The notes under the pieces were generated by a model that worked only from the letters and a program-made list of their open reading frames with translations, did not search any database and was not told the origin of the DNA. Position numbers and translations under genes: made by a program. A stretch of DNA of 64,000 bases, from assembly GCA_963520895.1 (NCBI GenBank), contig CAUQSW010000002.1:13823-77822 (forward strand), read 5' to 3'. Positions 51,739 to 61,440 of this stretch are shown one piece after another. Each line of letters begins with the position of its first letter. Position 1 is the first letter of the stretch. The stretch comes from an uncultured Corynebacterium sp. Its GTDB lineage: Bacteria; Actinomycetota; Actinomycetes; Mycobacteriales; Mycobacteriaceae.

Positions 51739-52763
51739 ATAGTATAAATAATGATTCAGCAGTGATACAGCACATTTTTGAATGGCGCCAAGATCGCCCA
51801 GCGGCGCGCGTGAATATTCATGTAGCTGGTGTTCACGATCATCACCATAAAGATCTAGCAACCATGAACCTGATTGCCGATGGTGATGACACTGGTGACC
51901 GATGGCGAGCTGAAATAGCAGCTCCTCGCGATTTATGTTCCGGTTATATCATTGCCGCTGTCCCACAAGATTTTATAACGACATTTGAAGGCGAAAACTT
52001 TGATGCGCGAACACGCTGGTTGGCTTTAGAGGAATATATAGTGGAGGAGGGGCGAATTTTCTCTCCTGATGCGCCACCACGACTTGGCTGGAATGACAGT
52101 GAACTCCCTTCTTGGCGGACTGAGGTTATAGGCGGAACAAAGATTTGGTACCACACTGAACTCGATGCGGAAGTATTGCTGATGGTGTGTGATGGTCAAA
52201 AATGGGCTTCGACAACTTTGATACCTACATTGCAGCGGTTAAACCGCAATAATGTGGTTCCAAAGATTTCAGTTGTTGCAGTGGACACCAGTGTCGATCG
52301 AGCTGAACTATTGAGTTGTAATCCGGAATTTCGCCGGTTTATTGTCGAAAATATTAGTGTCGCTTTTCGACAATCACAGGCCCAGAAACTTGTTATTGCT
52401 GGGCAGAGCCTTGGCGGGCTTGCTGCTGTTGATATTGCTTTAGATTATCCAGCAGCTATTAGTGCGGTGATCGCTAATTCTGGTTCCTTTTGGTATCCAG
52501 AGTGGGGAACCGGTGATGGCGGCGCTACAGTGCATAAACTTCAAAATACTACGCTTTTGGAGCAGGTCAGACAGGAGCAGGTTAGTTTCCATTTTTCTGT
52601 GGGCACATCCGAAGGGGGAATGGTTTCCCATTCTCAAGCAGTAGTGGAAGCGCTGCGATTTGGTGGTATTGATGTGAGTTTTGAGGTGACAAATTCAACA
52701 CACGAAATGGTCTCATGGGAGGGGGCATTAACCAGAGGAATTATTGCGCTTTTTGGCTGTTAA
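51735..52763 (+). CDS. fes: Enterochelin esterase (Fes-like)
   Basis: DG..W, GQSLGG nucleophile elbow, SGSFWYP; GTG overlaps the entS stop. Confidence 0.85.
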   Translation: MNSINNDSAVIQHIFEWRQDRPAARVNIHVAGVHDHHHKDLATMNLIADGDDTGDRWRAEIAAPRDLCSGYIIAAVPQDFITTFEGENFDARTRWLALEEYIVEEGRIFSPDAPPRLGWNDSELPSWRTEVIGGTKIWYHTELDAEVLLMVCDGQKWASTTLIPTLQRLNRNNVVPKISVVAVDTSVDRAELLSCNPEFRRFIVENISVAFRQSQAQKLVIAGQSLGGLAAVDIALDYPAAISAVIANSGSFWYPEWGTGDGGATVHKLQNTTLLEQVRQEQVSFHFSVGTSEGGMVSHSQAVVEALRFGGIDVSFEVTNSTHEMVSWEGALTRGIIALFGC

Positions 52764-52799
52764 TGAGTAGTACAAAAATGAGAAAGGAAAACGTAAAGA

Positions 52800-53507
52800 A
52801 TGTCTGCCGCACTTGAAATTGGATCACCAGCCGTTGTTGTCGGAGCACAGGGGGGAATTGGAGCTGCTTGCGTCGAAAAGCTTCAACTCGCAGGAGTCCA
52901 GACAGTGGCTTTGGATTTGCCGCATGCAGATGTCACTGACCGAAATGATATAAAGGCCACGATTAATTCCATAGGTGACATATCGATATTAATATATTGC
53001 TCTGGGGTAATGATTGAAGATTCTGCGTTAGACCCTCATGGGATCGATGCCAACTTTGCTGTGAACTTTAGCGGGCTGGTGAATGTGTGTTCTGTGGTGG
53101 CCAAAAATATGTGTGTCCGTAAGACTGGTTCAATTGTTGTGGTCTCGTCGAACGCTGGTACAACGCCACGGATGGGAATGGCAAGTTATGGTGCTTCTAA
53201 GGCAGCTGCATCTGCTTGGGCTAGGACACTCGCTTTGGAGTGCGCGCCGTTCGGAGTGCGTTGCAATGTAGTATCACCAGGTTCGACGGATACATCTATG
53301 TTACGAGATATGTGGCCCACAGGGGAGGATAGAACATTCGATGTGATTTCTGGAAATTTAGGTACGTATCGTTTGGGTATCCCCCTAGGAAAATTGGCAA
53401 CAGCTGAAGACGTTGCAAATGCATGTGTCTTTTTGTCTTCTTCGGCTGCAAGTCATATAACTATGCATGATCTTCGCGTCGATGGTGGCGCCACTTTTGA
53501 TAAATGA
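52800..53507 (+). CDS. entA: 2,3-dihydro-2,3-dihydroxybenzoate dehydrogenase
   Basis: GAQGGIG, SSNA..PR.GMASYGASKAA, CNVVSPGST.T, HITMHDLRVDGGAT. Confidence 0.92.
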   Translation: MSAALEIGSPAVVVGAQGGIGAACVEKLQLAGVQTVALDLPHADVTDRNDIKATINSIGDISILIYCSGVMIEDSALDPHGIDANFAVNFSGLVNVCSVVAKNMCVRKTGSIVVVSSNAGTTPRMGMASYGASKAAASAWARTLALECAPFGVRCNVVSPGSTDTSMLRDMWPTGEDRTFDVISGNLGTYRLGIPLGKLATAEDVANACVFLSSSAASHITMHDLRVDGGATFDK

Positions 53508-53520
53508 AATGGTGAAAACA

Positions 53521-54156
53521 ATGTCAATTCCCCAAATATCTCCGTATCTAGTGCCAGAACTACCCGAAATTGCAAGTGTCGATTGGGCTCTCGAAACCTC
53601 TCGTGCTGCTCTGTTGATTCATGATATGCAGAAGTACTTTGTTGATGCTTATGATAAAGAGGCTGAACCGATTAATCATGTAATTGAGCATATTCGACGT
53701 TTGGTGCTACTGGCAGATGAACTACGGGTTCCAGTCTTCTATTCTGCTCAGCCGCCTGGACAGCATCGTGTTCGGCGTGGGTTGTTGGGAGACATGTGGG
53801 GCGAAGGTATGGCTACCAGTAAGGACGCTGAGATTATTTGTCAACTGAAACCAAAACCTCATCATGTGTCCATTACTAAATGGCGTTACTCTGCATTTGA
53901 GCGAACAGATCTAGAACATGCGCTGCGTTTTGCCAAACGGGACCAATTGCTAATAACAGGTGTGTATGGGCATATGGGGTGCATGGTCACTGCAGTAGAT
54001 GCCTTTATGAAGGACATTCAACCGTTTATTGTTGGAGATGCTATCGGTGATTTTTCGGCAGAAGAACACGCTAATATGATGCGTTGGGTAGCTAAAAGGT
54101 GCGGTGTAGTTTTGTCTACTGAAATGGCACTTGCGCAGATTTCGAGTAGCCATTAA
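53521..54156 (+). CDS. entB: Isochorismatase (EntB/DhbB catalytic domain only)
   Basis: MSIPQISPY, LLIHDMQ.YF, KWRYSAF, GVY.H.GC..TA.DAFM; no C-terminal ArCP. Confidence 0.9.
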   Translation: MSIPQISPYLVPELPEIASVDWALETSRAALLIHDMQKYFVDAYDKEAEPINHVIEHIRRLVLLADELRVPVFYSAQPPGQHRVRRGLLGDMWGEGMATSKDAEIICQLKPKPHHVSITKWRYSAFERTDLEHALRFAKRDQLLITGVYGHMGCMVTAVDAFMKDIQPFIVGDAIGDFSAEEHANMMRWVAKRCGVVLSTEMALAQISSSH

Positions 54157-54260
54157 GTACAAACTGTTTGTTGTTTGACAAAATGGCCAAAATTGTGATG
54201 AAGAATCGTACACTTGCGAAAACGTCACGAAACAATGTCCTCCACCCCAACCTCCACCAC

Positions 54261-54920
54261 TCAATTCGGGTCTCCGGGACCGGGTAAAAATCCGTCTTCT
54301 TGGGCGCGCCGGTACAAATCAACTTTTGTTTGTGCTGGTCTGCCTGCGTTGGCGTATTTCAATCGGATTCTCCCTAAGTAATCGTTGACTGTTTCTTGGG
54401 ATAAGCCGGTTAAGCGGGCAACTCGTTTGGCGGGTTCGCCGGATGCATATAGTTCTAATACATCGCGTTGGCGTTCGGAAAGTTCCACATGGTCAAGGTT
54501 CGGGTCGGAATCAATAAAAGATGCCCATTCGGCTGTGGCGACAGTAGCACCAGCTGCTGCCTTCCGGATAGCGCCTATAATATTCTCGGCGTTGTCGGTT
54601 TTGCTAATAATTCCTAGTACGTCTGCTTGGAGTGCCCTGCGCACGAGGTAAGGGCTTTCTAAAGAGGAAAACACCAGCACATTCGGGGTGATTTGCTGTA
54701 GCGCTTTAACATTTTCCTCCGGTTTGGTGCCATCGGGGAAGCGCAGGTCGAGTATTGCTAAATCAATTTCATCGTGCTGTTTCACGCTTTCTAGCACCGC
54801 TGCCATGTTAGCGAACACCCCTAGAAGCTCGATGTCATCGGCACTTTCAATCATGCCTGCTAAGCCCCAGAGTGAAACCTCGTGGTCATCGATCGCTATG
54901 ACTTTATAGGTTGTGGGCAT
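54261..54920 (-). CDS. NarL/LuxR-family response regulator
   Basis: IDDHE, ILDL receiver Asp, LSERQRDVL.LYASG helix-turn-helix. Confidence 0.9.
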   Translation of the reverse strand: MPTTYKVIAIDDHEVSLWGLAGMIESADDIELLGVFANMAAVLESVKQHDEIDLAILDLRFPDGTKPEENVKALQQITPNVLVFSSLESPYLVRRALQADVLGIISKTDNAENIIGAIRKAAAGATVATAEWASFIDSDPNLDHVELSERQRDVLELYASGEPAKRVARLTGLSQETVNDYLGRIRLKYANAGRPAQTKVDLYRRAQEDGFLPGPGDPN

Positions 54921-54943
54921 CGTTGGGAATCCTTTCTTGCAGG

Positions 54944-57175
54944 CTAGTTGTCAGTTTTTGTTATGCGTTCGATTCCAGATTCACTGACAATGGTGGCGAA
55001 GGTAGGGCGGTTGGGTGGGAAGAGCCGGATGGTAATTTCGGTGTTTTCTGCTGCTAGATCCAACGTGGGAATCGCCCGTCTAAGCAGTTGCTCTAGATAG
55101 TGGGGGAGTTTGGGGTCTGGGTTGTGTGCGGGAGGCTCGTAGTTGGAGTAGTCGTCGATAAGCCGCACGGTGACACCGCGGGCGCGTGCATCCCACACGG
55201 AAGCATTTAAGGTGGGGCGATCCAGAAAGGGGGAGCGTAAGGTGTCGCGTACTTTTAATTCCGTCAGGTGGGCGCTTTTTAATTGCGGGGTGGGTTCGTC
55301 TAGTAATTGGGCGGTAGCAAAGACCGGGAAGACTTCTTGTTCTAGCCAGTTAAGGTTGCTTTTCCGTCTTGCTTCCAGCTCAGCGGTGGAAGCTGCGGTG
55401 CGTTCGGCTTGAGTTGTGCTTGGCGGGTTTGGGGGAAGCGTAGGAAAAAATACCGCAAACCGAAATGAACGAGAGTGGATGGGATTACCAACAGTGCGAC
55501 AGCGAGCACAACCCAGAACCGCACATAAGAAGCCGGATTGAGCCCAACCCAGAAGAGGATTTCAATCAGTAAAGCTGAAGTAAATATGATGATCCAGCTT
55601 GCAAGCGGCCGTCCGCGGATGGCTAACAGAGCTGTTAATAAGACGAAGCCATTAAAAGTAGTGAAGCTATTCCAGGCTTCAGGTTGTTGCATGATTGGTT
55701 GGTGGATTGCTAGTAATGCCAAGGCGATTAATAACACCACTAGAGCGTAGGTTTTCTGCAGTGGGAGTTTTTCGTACCGTCCCGGGATAATAAGCATCAT
55801 TCCCAGTAAAAACACCAAGGTGATAATCACATCTACGATGCCTAATTTTGGGCTTGCCAGCAAGGTGATGTCGGCAAAAATGCAAAATATGATGATACCG
55901 AACCACCAGGAAAACACGATCTTCGTGCCCAGTAGGTTGTAAATATTATGCTGGGGTGAATCTTCTAAAACGTCAGGGGTCTGCGAATCTTCTTCGTCAG
56001 TACTGGCCCAACTTAATGTCACTGTAGTGCCCAGACTAGGCTGGGATTCCACAGCAGCAGTGCATCCTTTAACGCTGTGTATTCTACCCAGGATGGACAC
56101 TTGGATGCTCGCTCTAAACGGCGGCACCTTTTCGACGTCGAAACCGTGGCCGTTATCGCGAAGAATAATTTTTTGTTCCTGCTGGGCTATCCAGATTTCG
56201 CAGTGCCTTGTTGCCTGTTCACCCGCATGTTTGAGGGAGTTGCGCAAAGCTTCAGTTAAGGCTGGCACTACGGCACCAATTGCCTCTTCAGGAAAGCGCT
56301 GTGCCGGTAGCTCGGCATCATCATGCAGAACTACTATGCAGTTGGGATCTAGCTGGTAAATAACGTCATGCAGAACGTCTTGTAGTGACTGTTCGGCAGT
56401 TTCGGATCCTTTGTTGAAATAAAGATGGCCGCCCAGAAGCTGGGCGAGAGTCCCCGATGGGGTGATCCCCCGAGAAATAGCGGAAAGATCTGCTAGCACT
56501 CTGTCGTGAATGAGCGCTGAAAATCTGGTTTTCTCCTCCGCCCTAGTGCGTAACTTGGCGGCAATCGTGAGGTTTTTTACGGGTTTGAGCTTCTGCTTGA
56601 TCCAATATGCGAGCAATGGATAACGCCGTGTTGCTGAACACTATAAAAGGAAAAGAGTAGATCAGGGCAAAACCAAGTTCACCTATGATCTCGTACCAAG
56701 GATTCCAACCAACCGCCCACATTTTGCCCGATATCGAGCAGCCAACGGTGAGGAAGAAACACGGAAATGCGATTTTCTTTCCCACAGTCAATGCGAGGCT
56801 AACAGCCGGAATGCCAGAAAAGCCGACAAACCAGAAATGCTGAACTTCCGGCTTAAGGTCAGTGTGTACTACGGCAAAAACAAGAAGTAATAAGGCCAGC
56901 GGAATAGTCGCTGCGGTAAACCTACTTGCTAGGATGATAAGCGAGTCTTTTTTTAAAACGCACACTAGCAACATGCAGCCACTTGCCGTGGCAAACAGCA
57001 AAGCTGTAACTAGGGGAAGCCAGTGATCTCGCCAAGCTCCATGCGGATAATCGGCAGCTAACCTTGCGAATATCCACGGAGGCCATGAGCATCCGATAGC
57101 TAATGCTGCGGCGATGAGGACGCCATGTTCAATAGAAGAATTTCTGGTTTGTGCAACGAGTTTAGTTTGGGTCAT
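54944..57175 (-). pseudogene. Membrane sensor kinase/HATPase, two frameshifts
   Basis: IHDRVL, EALRNSLKHA, DNGHGF, GTTV.L.W. ORFs 56543-57199, 55342-56616 and an open frame 54944-~55410 join after removing one A at 56573-56578 and adding one base near 55410. Confidence 0.78.
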
Positions 57176-57397
57176 TGGATCACACCTCCCCCGATACACA
57201 CGTTTGGCAGTTAATTCATCTTAGATATTTTTATATCATGTTTCTGCAATATTTATATGAAATAAATATTTTTAAGTTTCTTGTGATATTGACGCCACTA
57301 TCGCATTGTTGTTCTGGTTGTTGATATAGGCCCGCCACGCTCGGTGGCCGTTTCTACCGAACCGTTGGGCAAGTTGTTGGAGCTGCTGCGTGCCTAG

Positions 57398-58969
57398 TTA
57401 CTTGATGGCGGTTAGGGAAAAATGCATGGCTAGGGGGCTTGCTTGGCTGTAGCTGAATTCCAACATGTTGATAAAAACCACCTCGCGTTCCCTGGCGGAT
57501 TGCAGGAGCTCAGTGCTGATGATTGCATCATTATCTAAAGTCGTACTGATGGTGCATAATAAGGTTTCTCGTTGTCTGTCTTGTTGTCGATCCGCGTTGC
57601 CCCAGCACATCGCAATCAGTGCAGGAAGATGAATGGAAAACGCTCGCTTAGTGGCCCGAGGGAGTGGGTTTTGGATCTTCCCATAATTAGTGATTTCCCG
57701 CAGCCGGTTTTCAGTTGCCTGAAAATTCGCCACTTTCTTCATCAGTTCCTTATTTTTAATCACTGCCGCTGAACTGGATAAAATGCTGAGAATCTGACGA
57801 GCAAAACTGTCAACCCTTATGGCATGAAGAATGCGATGGGCATGTTTGGCCGAAATGTCGATGGTATCGGTGCGTACTGAAATCCACCGGTGGAGCATTT
57901 CTGGGTCGATGATACGATCTGGGCAGGTGGTGATAAAACGCCATGACGGTTCAGGGGCGTATTTAATAATTTGATTTATTTTTGCTTCATTACTGTCTCC
58001 CTGCCTGCGGGCAGAATATAGTGCAATAGCGGCATCAGCTATATCCATACCAGGACCGACTGTACCTCGGATTATGTCATAATCTCCTTACTGAACATGT
58101 AATAACGTACCTGGATGATCCGCAGCTAATCGGCCAGATAATTTCTGCCGGGTGGTTTTTCGCAGCGATACATAGTCCAACATGCGCGGTAAATTTGCTA
58201 AAGACGGGGGATGATTGAGCAAATAATCCGCCAACAGGTCGCGATTATGCCTGATGACAGGATAGTTTTTTAACTGGGGTTGCGCTACAAGCCGGAGTAT
58301 CACAAAGACGCTGGGTAACGTTTCGACAGGTATTCCTTCAGAAAGACAATCTAGGATGGCTGTTAAAAAACCATCTGAGTCGGTGTTTTTAAAAGTAGCT
58401 GTTAGCTGTACCCCAGTAGGAGGCGTCTTCTGTGAAAACCTGTCGATAATCAACTGGGTGGTCGTGAAGTAACCGGTTAAGCAGTTGAATCCCTGCCGTG
58501 CCGAATCCAGCTGAGAGCAATAAGTGGCCTAATTCTGCCAGCTCTGCTGCGGGTGCTGGATGGGTTTCGGTGAGGCGACGGGTAATATCAGTCAGCCATC
58601 GTGCGCTGGCTACGTTATCGCTGCCTTTTTTAAAATGGCTTGAGCAGCTGTAATCAGTACTGTGCTTTCTTGTGGGGTGGGAGGTTCTGGTTTGGGAAAC
58701 AGCAGTAAAGCAGCTGCATCTGATGCTAATTGTGCATCCATCCACTGTGACCAGATTCGGATGGTCGTGGTCATTCTAAGAACATCTTCGGTTGGGAATA
58801 TGTGCGCCAGTTCGACGACTTTTGCTGCAGTTTTAGGAAGCGAACAATCGCAAATCTGACCAGTGATCATAGCTGCTTTACTGACCTGTTCTGGTGGTCG
58901 GCATTCGGTGGTAGGAGATGCACACCTAGCAGACATTTCCCTCTTTAACTCATATGACCTAGGCATCAT
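57398..58969 (-). pseudogene. Decayed gene of unknown family (about 520 codons)
   Basis: GAGGAG RBS at the start; frameshifts near 58630 and 58455; in-frame TAA at 58088-58090 followed by the same frame as ORF 57398-58048. Confidence 0.55.
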
Positions 58970-59242
58970 GAGTTCTCCTCCATGGTCGCAACAATGCGGG
59001 TAACCAAAACGGAAATATCACTTAAAAGTTCGGTGTGCCGATACAGAAGCACGGTAGTTTTGGCTTGTTTCAGTACCGAGTCTAACAGTCAATTATGCCT
59101 CTGAACAGGGAATATGCGCCCCCAATTATAGTGCCCCAAAAAATAGGGGCATCGAGAGTGGCGCAACTAAAGTGTATTGTGCACAATCGTATCGATAAAG
59201 CTAAACGCCCTGTCATAAGCTGCGGCGGAGGGCGTCGTAAAG

Positions 59243-60463
59243 CTATTTCCCGGCGACGGCTGCGGCTTTAACCGCTTCGCTGACCGCAGGAGCAACCCGT
59301 GGGTCGAATGGTGAGGGAACAATGTGTTCGGCATCGAGGTCCTCGCCAACAATATCGGCAATGGCGCGAGATGCAGCAAGCTTCATGGCGGAGGTGATTT
59401 TCGGCGCATTAGCTGCCAATGCACCATGGAAAACACCAGGATAAGCCAAAACGTTATTGATCTGATTGGGCATGTCTGAACGGCCAGTAGCCACCACAGC
59501 GCCGTACTTATAGGCAAGTTCAGGTCGAATTTCTGGATCGGGATTGGCTAATGAGAACAAAATCGGCTGATCTGCCATGCGTTGCAAATCTCGTTCGTGC
59601 ACATGCCCGCGTGATAGGCCGATGAAAGTGTCGGCACCTTCCAGTGCCTCAGAAATACGGCCAGTAATCCGGCGGGGATTGGTGATCTGGGCGAGCTCTG
59701 ACTTGATATTGTTCAGTGGCTTGCGCTCGGGGTGGATAATGCCGCGTGAGTCTAGCACGATAACATCTTTTACGCCCGCTGCAATCAACATTTTGGCACA
59801 GGCCACCCCGGCGGCACCAGCACCAGAAATGACCACCTTCAAGCTTTTTAGGTGACGCCCTAGCAGTGTGCAAGCGTTCCGCAGCGCTGCTGTGGTGACA
59901 ATAGCAGTACCGTGCTGGTCATCATGCATTACCGGAATGTTGAGGTGATCAATTAGCCGCCGCTCCAGTTCGAAACAACGCGGAGCGGAAATATCCTCTA
60001 GATTAATGGCGCCAAACGAGGGAGCAATGTGGCAGATGGTATCGAAAAGCTCATCAACATTGGTGGTATCCAGCACAATGGGCACACCATTGAGCCCCAC
60101 AAAACGCTGGAACAACTGGGCCTTTCCCTCCATTACGGGAAGTGCTGCCTGCGGGCCAATATCCCCAAGGCCGAGCACTGCCGTGCCGTCAGAAATGATA
60201 GCCACATTGCGGCCGGTCCAAGTGTAGTCGTGAACTAGCGAAGGGTCTTCGTGGATCGCCTCGCACACCCGCGCCACGCCTGGCGTGTATGCAATGGACA
60301 AATCACGCACAGAATCCAAATTAAGCTTTGAAGTGGTGGCGATTTTGCCACCAAGGTGGGCGTTGAAAACTTCCGCATCAGTAAGCTCGGCGAACTCGCG
60401 ACCCGTGCTATTAAAACTGGAAAAATCCCGAGTAGAAGCTTCAGCCTCATGTGAATCGGACAT
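59243..60463 (-). CDS. malE: NAD(P)-dependent malic enzyme
   Basis: YTPGVA, SDGTAVLGLG, PVMEGKA, INLEDI, HDDQHGTA, GAGAAG, NQINNVL; start at ATG 60463. Confidence 0.93.
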   Translation of the reverse strand: MSDSHEAEASTRDFSSFNSTGREFAELTDAEVFNAHLGGKIATTSKLNLDSVRDLSIAYTPGVARVCEAIHEDPSLVHDYTWTGRNVAIISDGTAVLGLGDIGPQAALPVMEGKAQLFQRFVGLNGVPIVLDTTNVDELFDTICHIAPSFGAINLEDISAPRCFELERRLIDHLNIPVMHDDQHGTAIVTTAALRNACTLLGRHLKSLKVVISGAGAAGVACAKMLIAAGVKDVIVLDSRGIIHPERKPLNNIKSELAQITNPRRITGRISEALEGADTFIGLSRGHVHERDLQRMADQPILFSLANPDPEIRPELAYKYGAVVATGRSDMPNQINNVLAYPGVFHGALAANAPKITSAMKLAASRAIADIVGEDLDAEHIVPSPFDPRVAPAVSEAVKAAAVAGK

Positions 60464-60675
60464 AAAACAACTTCCTTTGAGAGAGGAAAACAGCAATACA
60501 GTCGAGTTTAGGGAAAAGCAAATAAAAAGTGCCCGGTTGAGGGTAAAAATGTGAGTAAAAAGACAAAATTCCTGCCCGAATGTGTTGTTTTCGTAGGAGG
60601 CGGCGACTGTCCACATGCTTTTCGGGCAGAGGTGGTGTGCTTGTAACTAATGAGTTTTCTACTGCTGTCTGTTAT

Positions 60676-61431
60676 TCATTTAACCAAGGCATCAAATACG
60701 TCGTCTGGCAGACCTTTAATGTATTCAATGCGGGCGCGGATGGAGGCTTCAAGATTGACAAGTGAAAGTGCTATGGAGGGCTCAATGAACTCTCCTTGTC
60801 CGCTTTCGGCAGTAAGTAATGCCGCAGCATCGTAATTCCGTTCTGCAACCATGCGTTCAAAGAAGATTACATACCTGTCGATATACGATGTTTCGACGAA
60901 AACGGGGTCTGCTGCAAAAGGCATGGATGCGGGAAGTTTGACTGGATCAAGAGATTTTGGGGTGCGTTCAACGAGCATTACGAAACCAAACCATGGTTTC
61001 AAGTGTCCAAAAAGCCCGTGTTCAACTGCTGTTTGTGAATCTGCTGATAAGCCAAGAGCTTCCTCGGTCCGGTTGTTGAAGTTGTTTCCGAACGATGGTC
61101 CTCGTTGAGATTTGAACTCCATCGCAGCAACAAGTGCGCCTCGATACAGTACAATGAGATCCCAATTCTTAGTAGGCCGGAAATATGCTGGGAGATGGTT
61201 GTGCCCTGCTGCATGCACCTCTAAGCTAACACTCGGATCGCTGCTCCAAATTTTCGCGAACACATCTTGGAGAGCATTCATTTGTTGTCCGCCGGTTACT
61301 GCGGCGCGGTTACCAGTGTCTTTTATGCCTGTTGTACTGCCTTGCTTGGCCTGTTGGATATTTAACCCATCCCAGTACCTTTGAACTGCGGTTTCCCAGG
61401 TTTTCCTAGGCGTAAAGGTGTTGCTGCTCAT
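60676..61431 (-). CDS. Type II restriction endonuclease, PaeR7I/XhoI family
   Basis: G.RAAVTGG.QM, LPAYFRPTK.WD, EFKSQ.GPSFGNNFNNRTEEALG. Confidence 0.88.
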   Translation of the reverse strand: MSSNTFTPRKTWETAVQRYWDGLNIQQAKQGSTTGIKDTGNRAAVTGGQQMNALQDVFAKIWSSDPSVSLEVHAAGHNHLPAYFRPTKNWDLIVLYRGALVAAMEFKSQRGPSFGNNFNNRTEEALGLSADSQTAVEHGLFGHLKPWFGFVMLVERTPKSLDPVKLPASMPFAADPVFVETSYIDRYVIFFERMVAERNYDAAALLTAESGQGEFIEPSIALSLVNLEASIRARIEYIKGLPDDVFDALVK

Positions 61432-61440
61432 AGGTCCACT

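Noticed and set aside
60464..60616. N-terminal extension of malic enzyme
   Set aside because: AAAGGAAG RBS precedes ATG 60463; the upstream sequence looks like promoter DNA.
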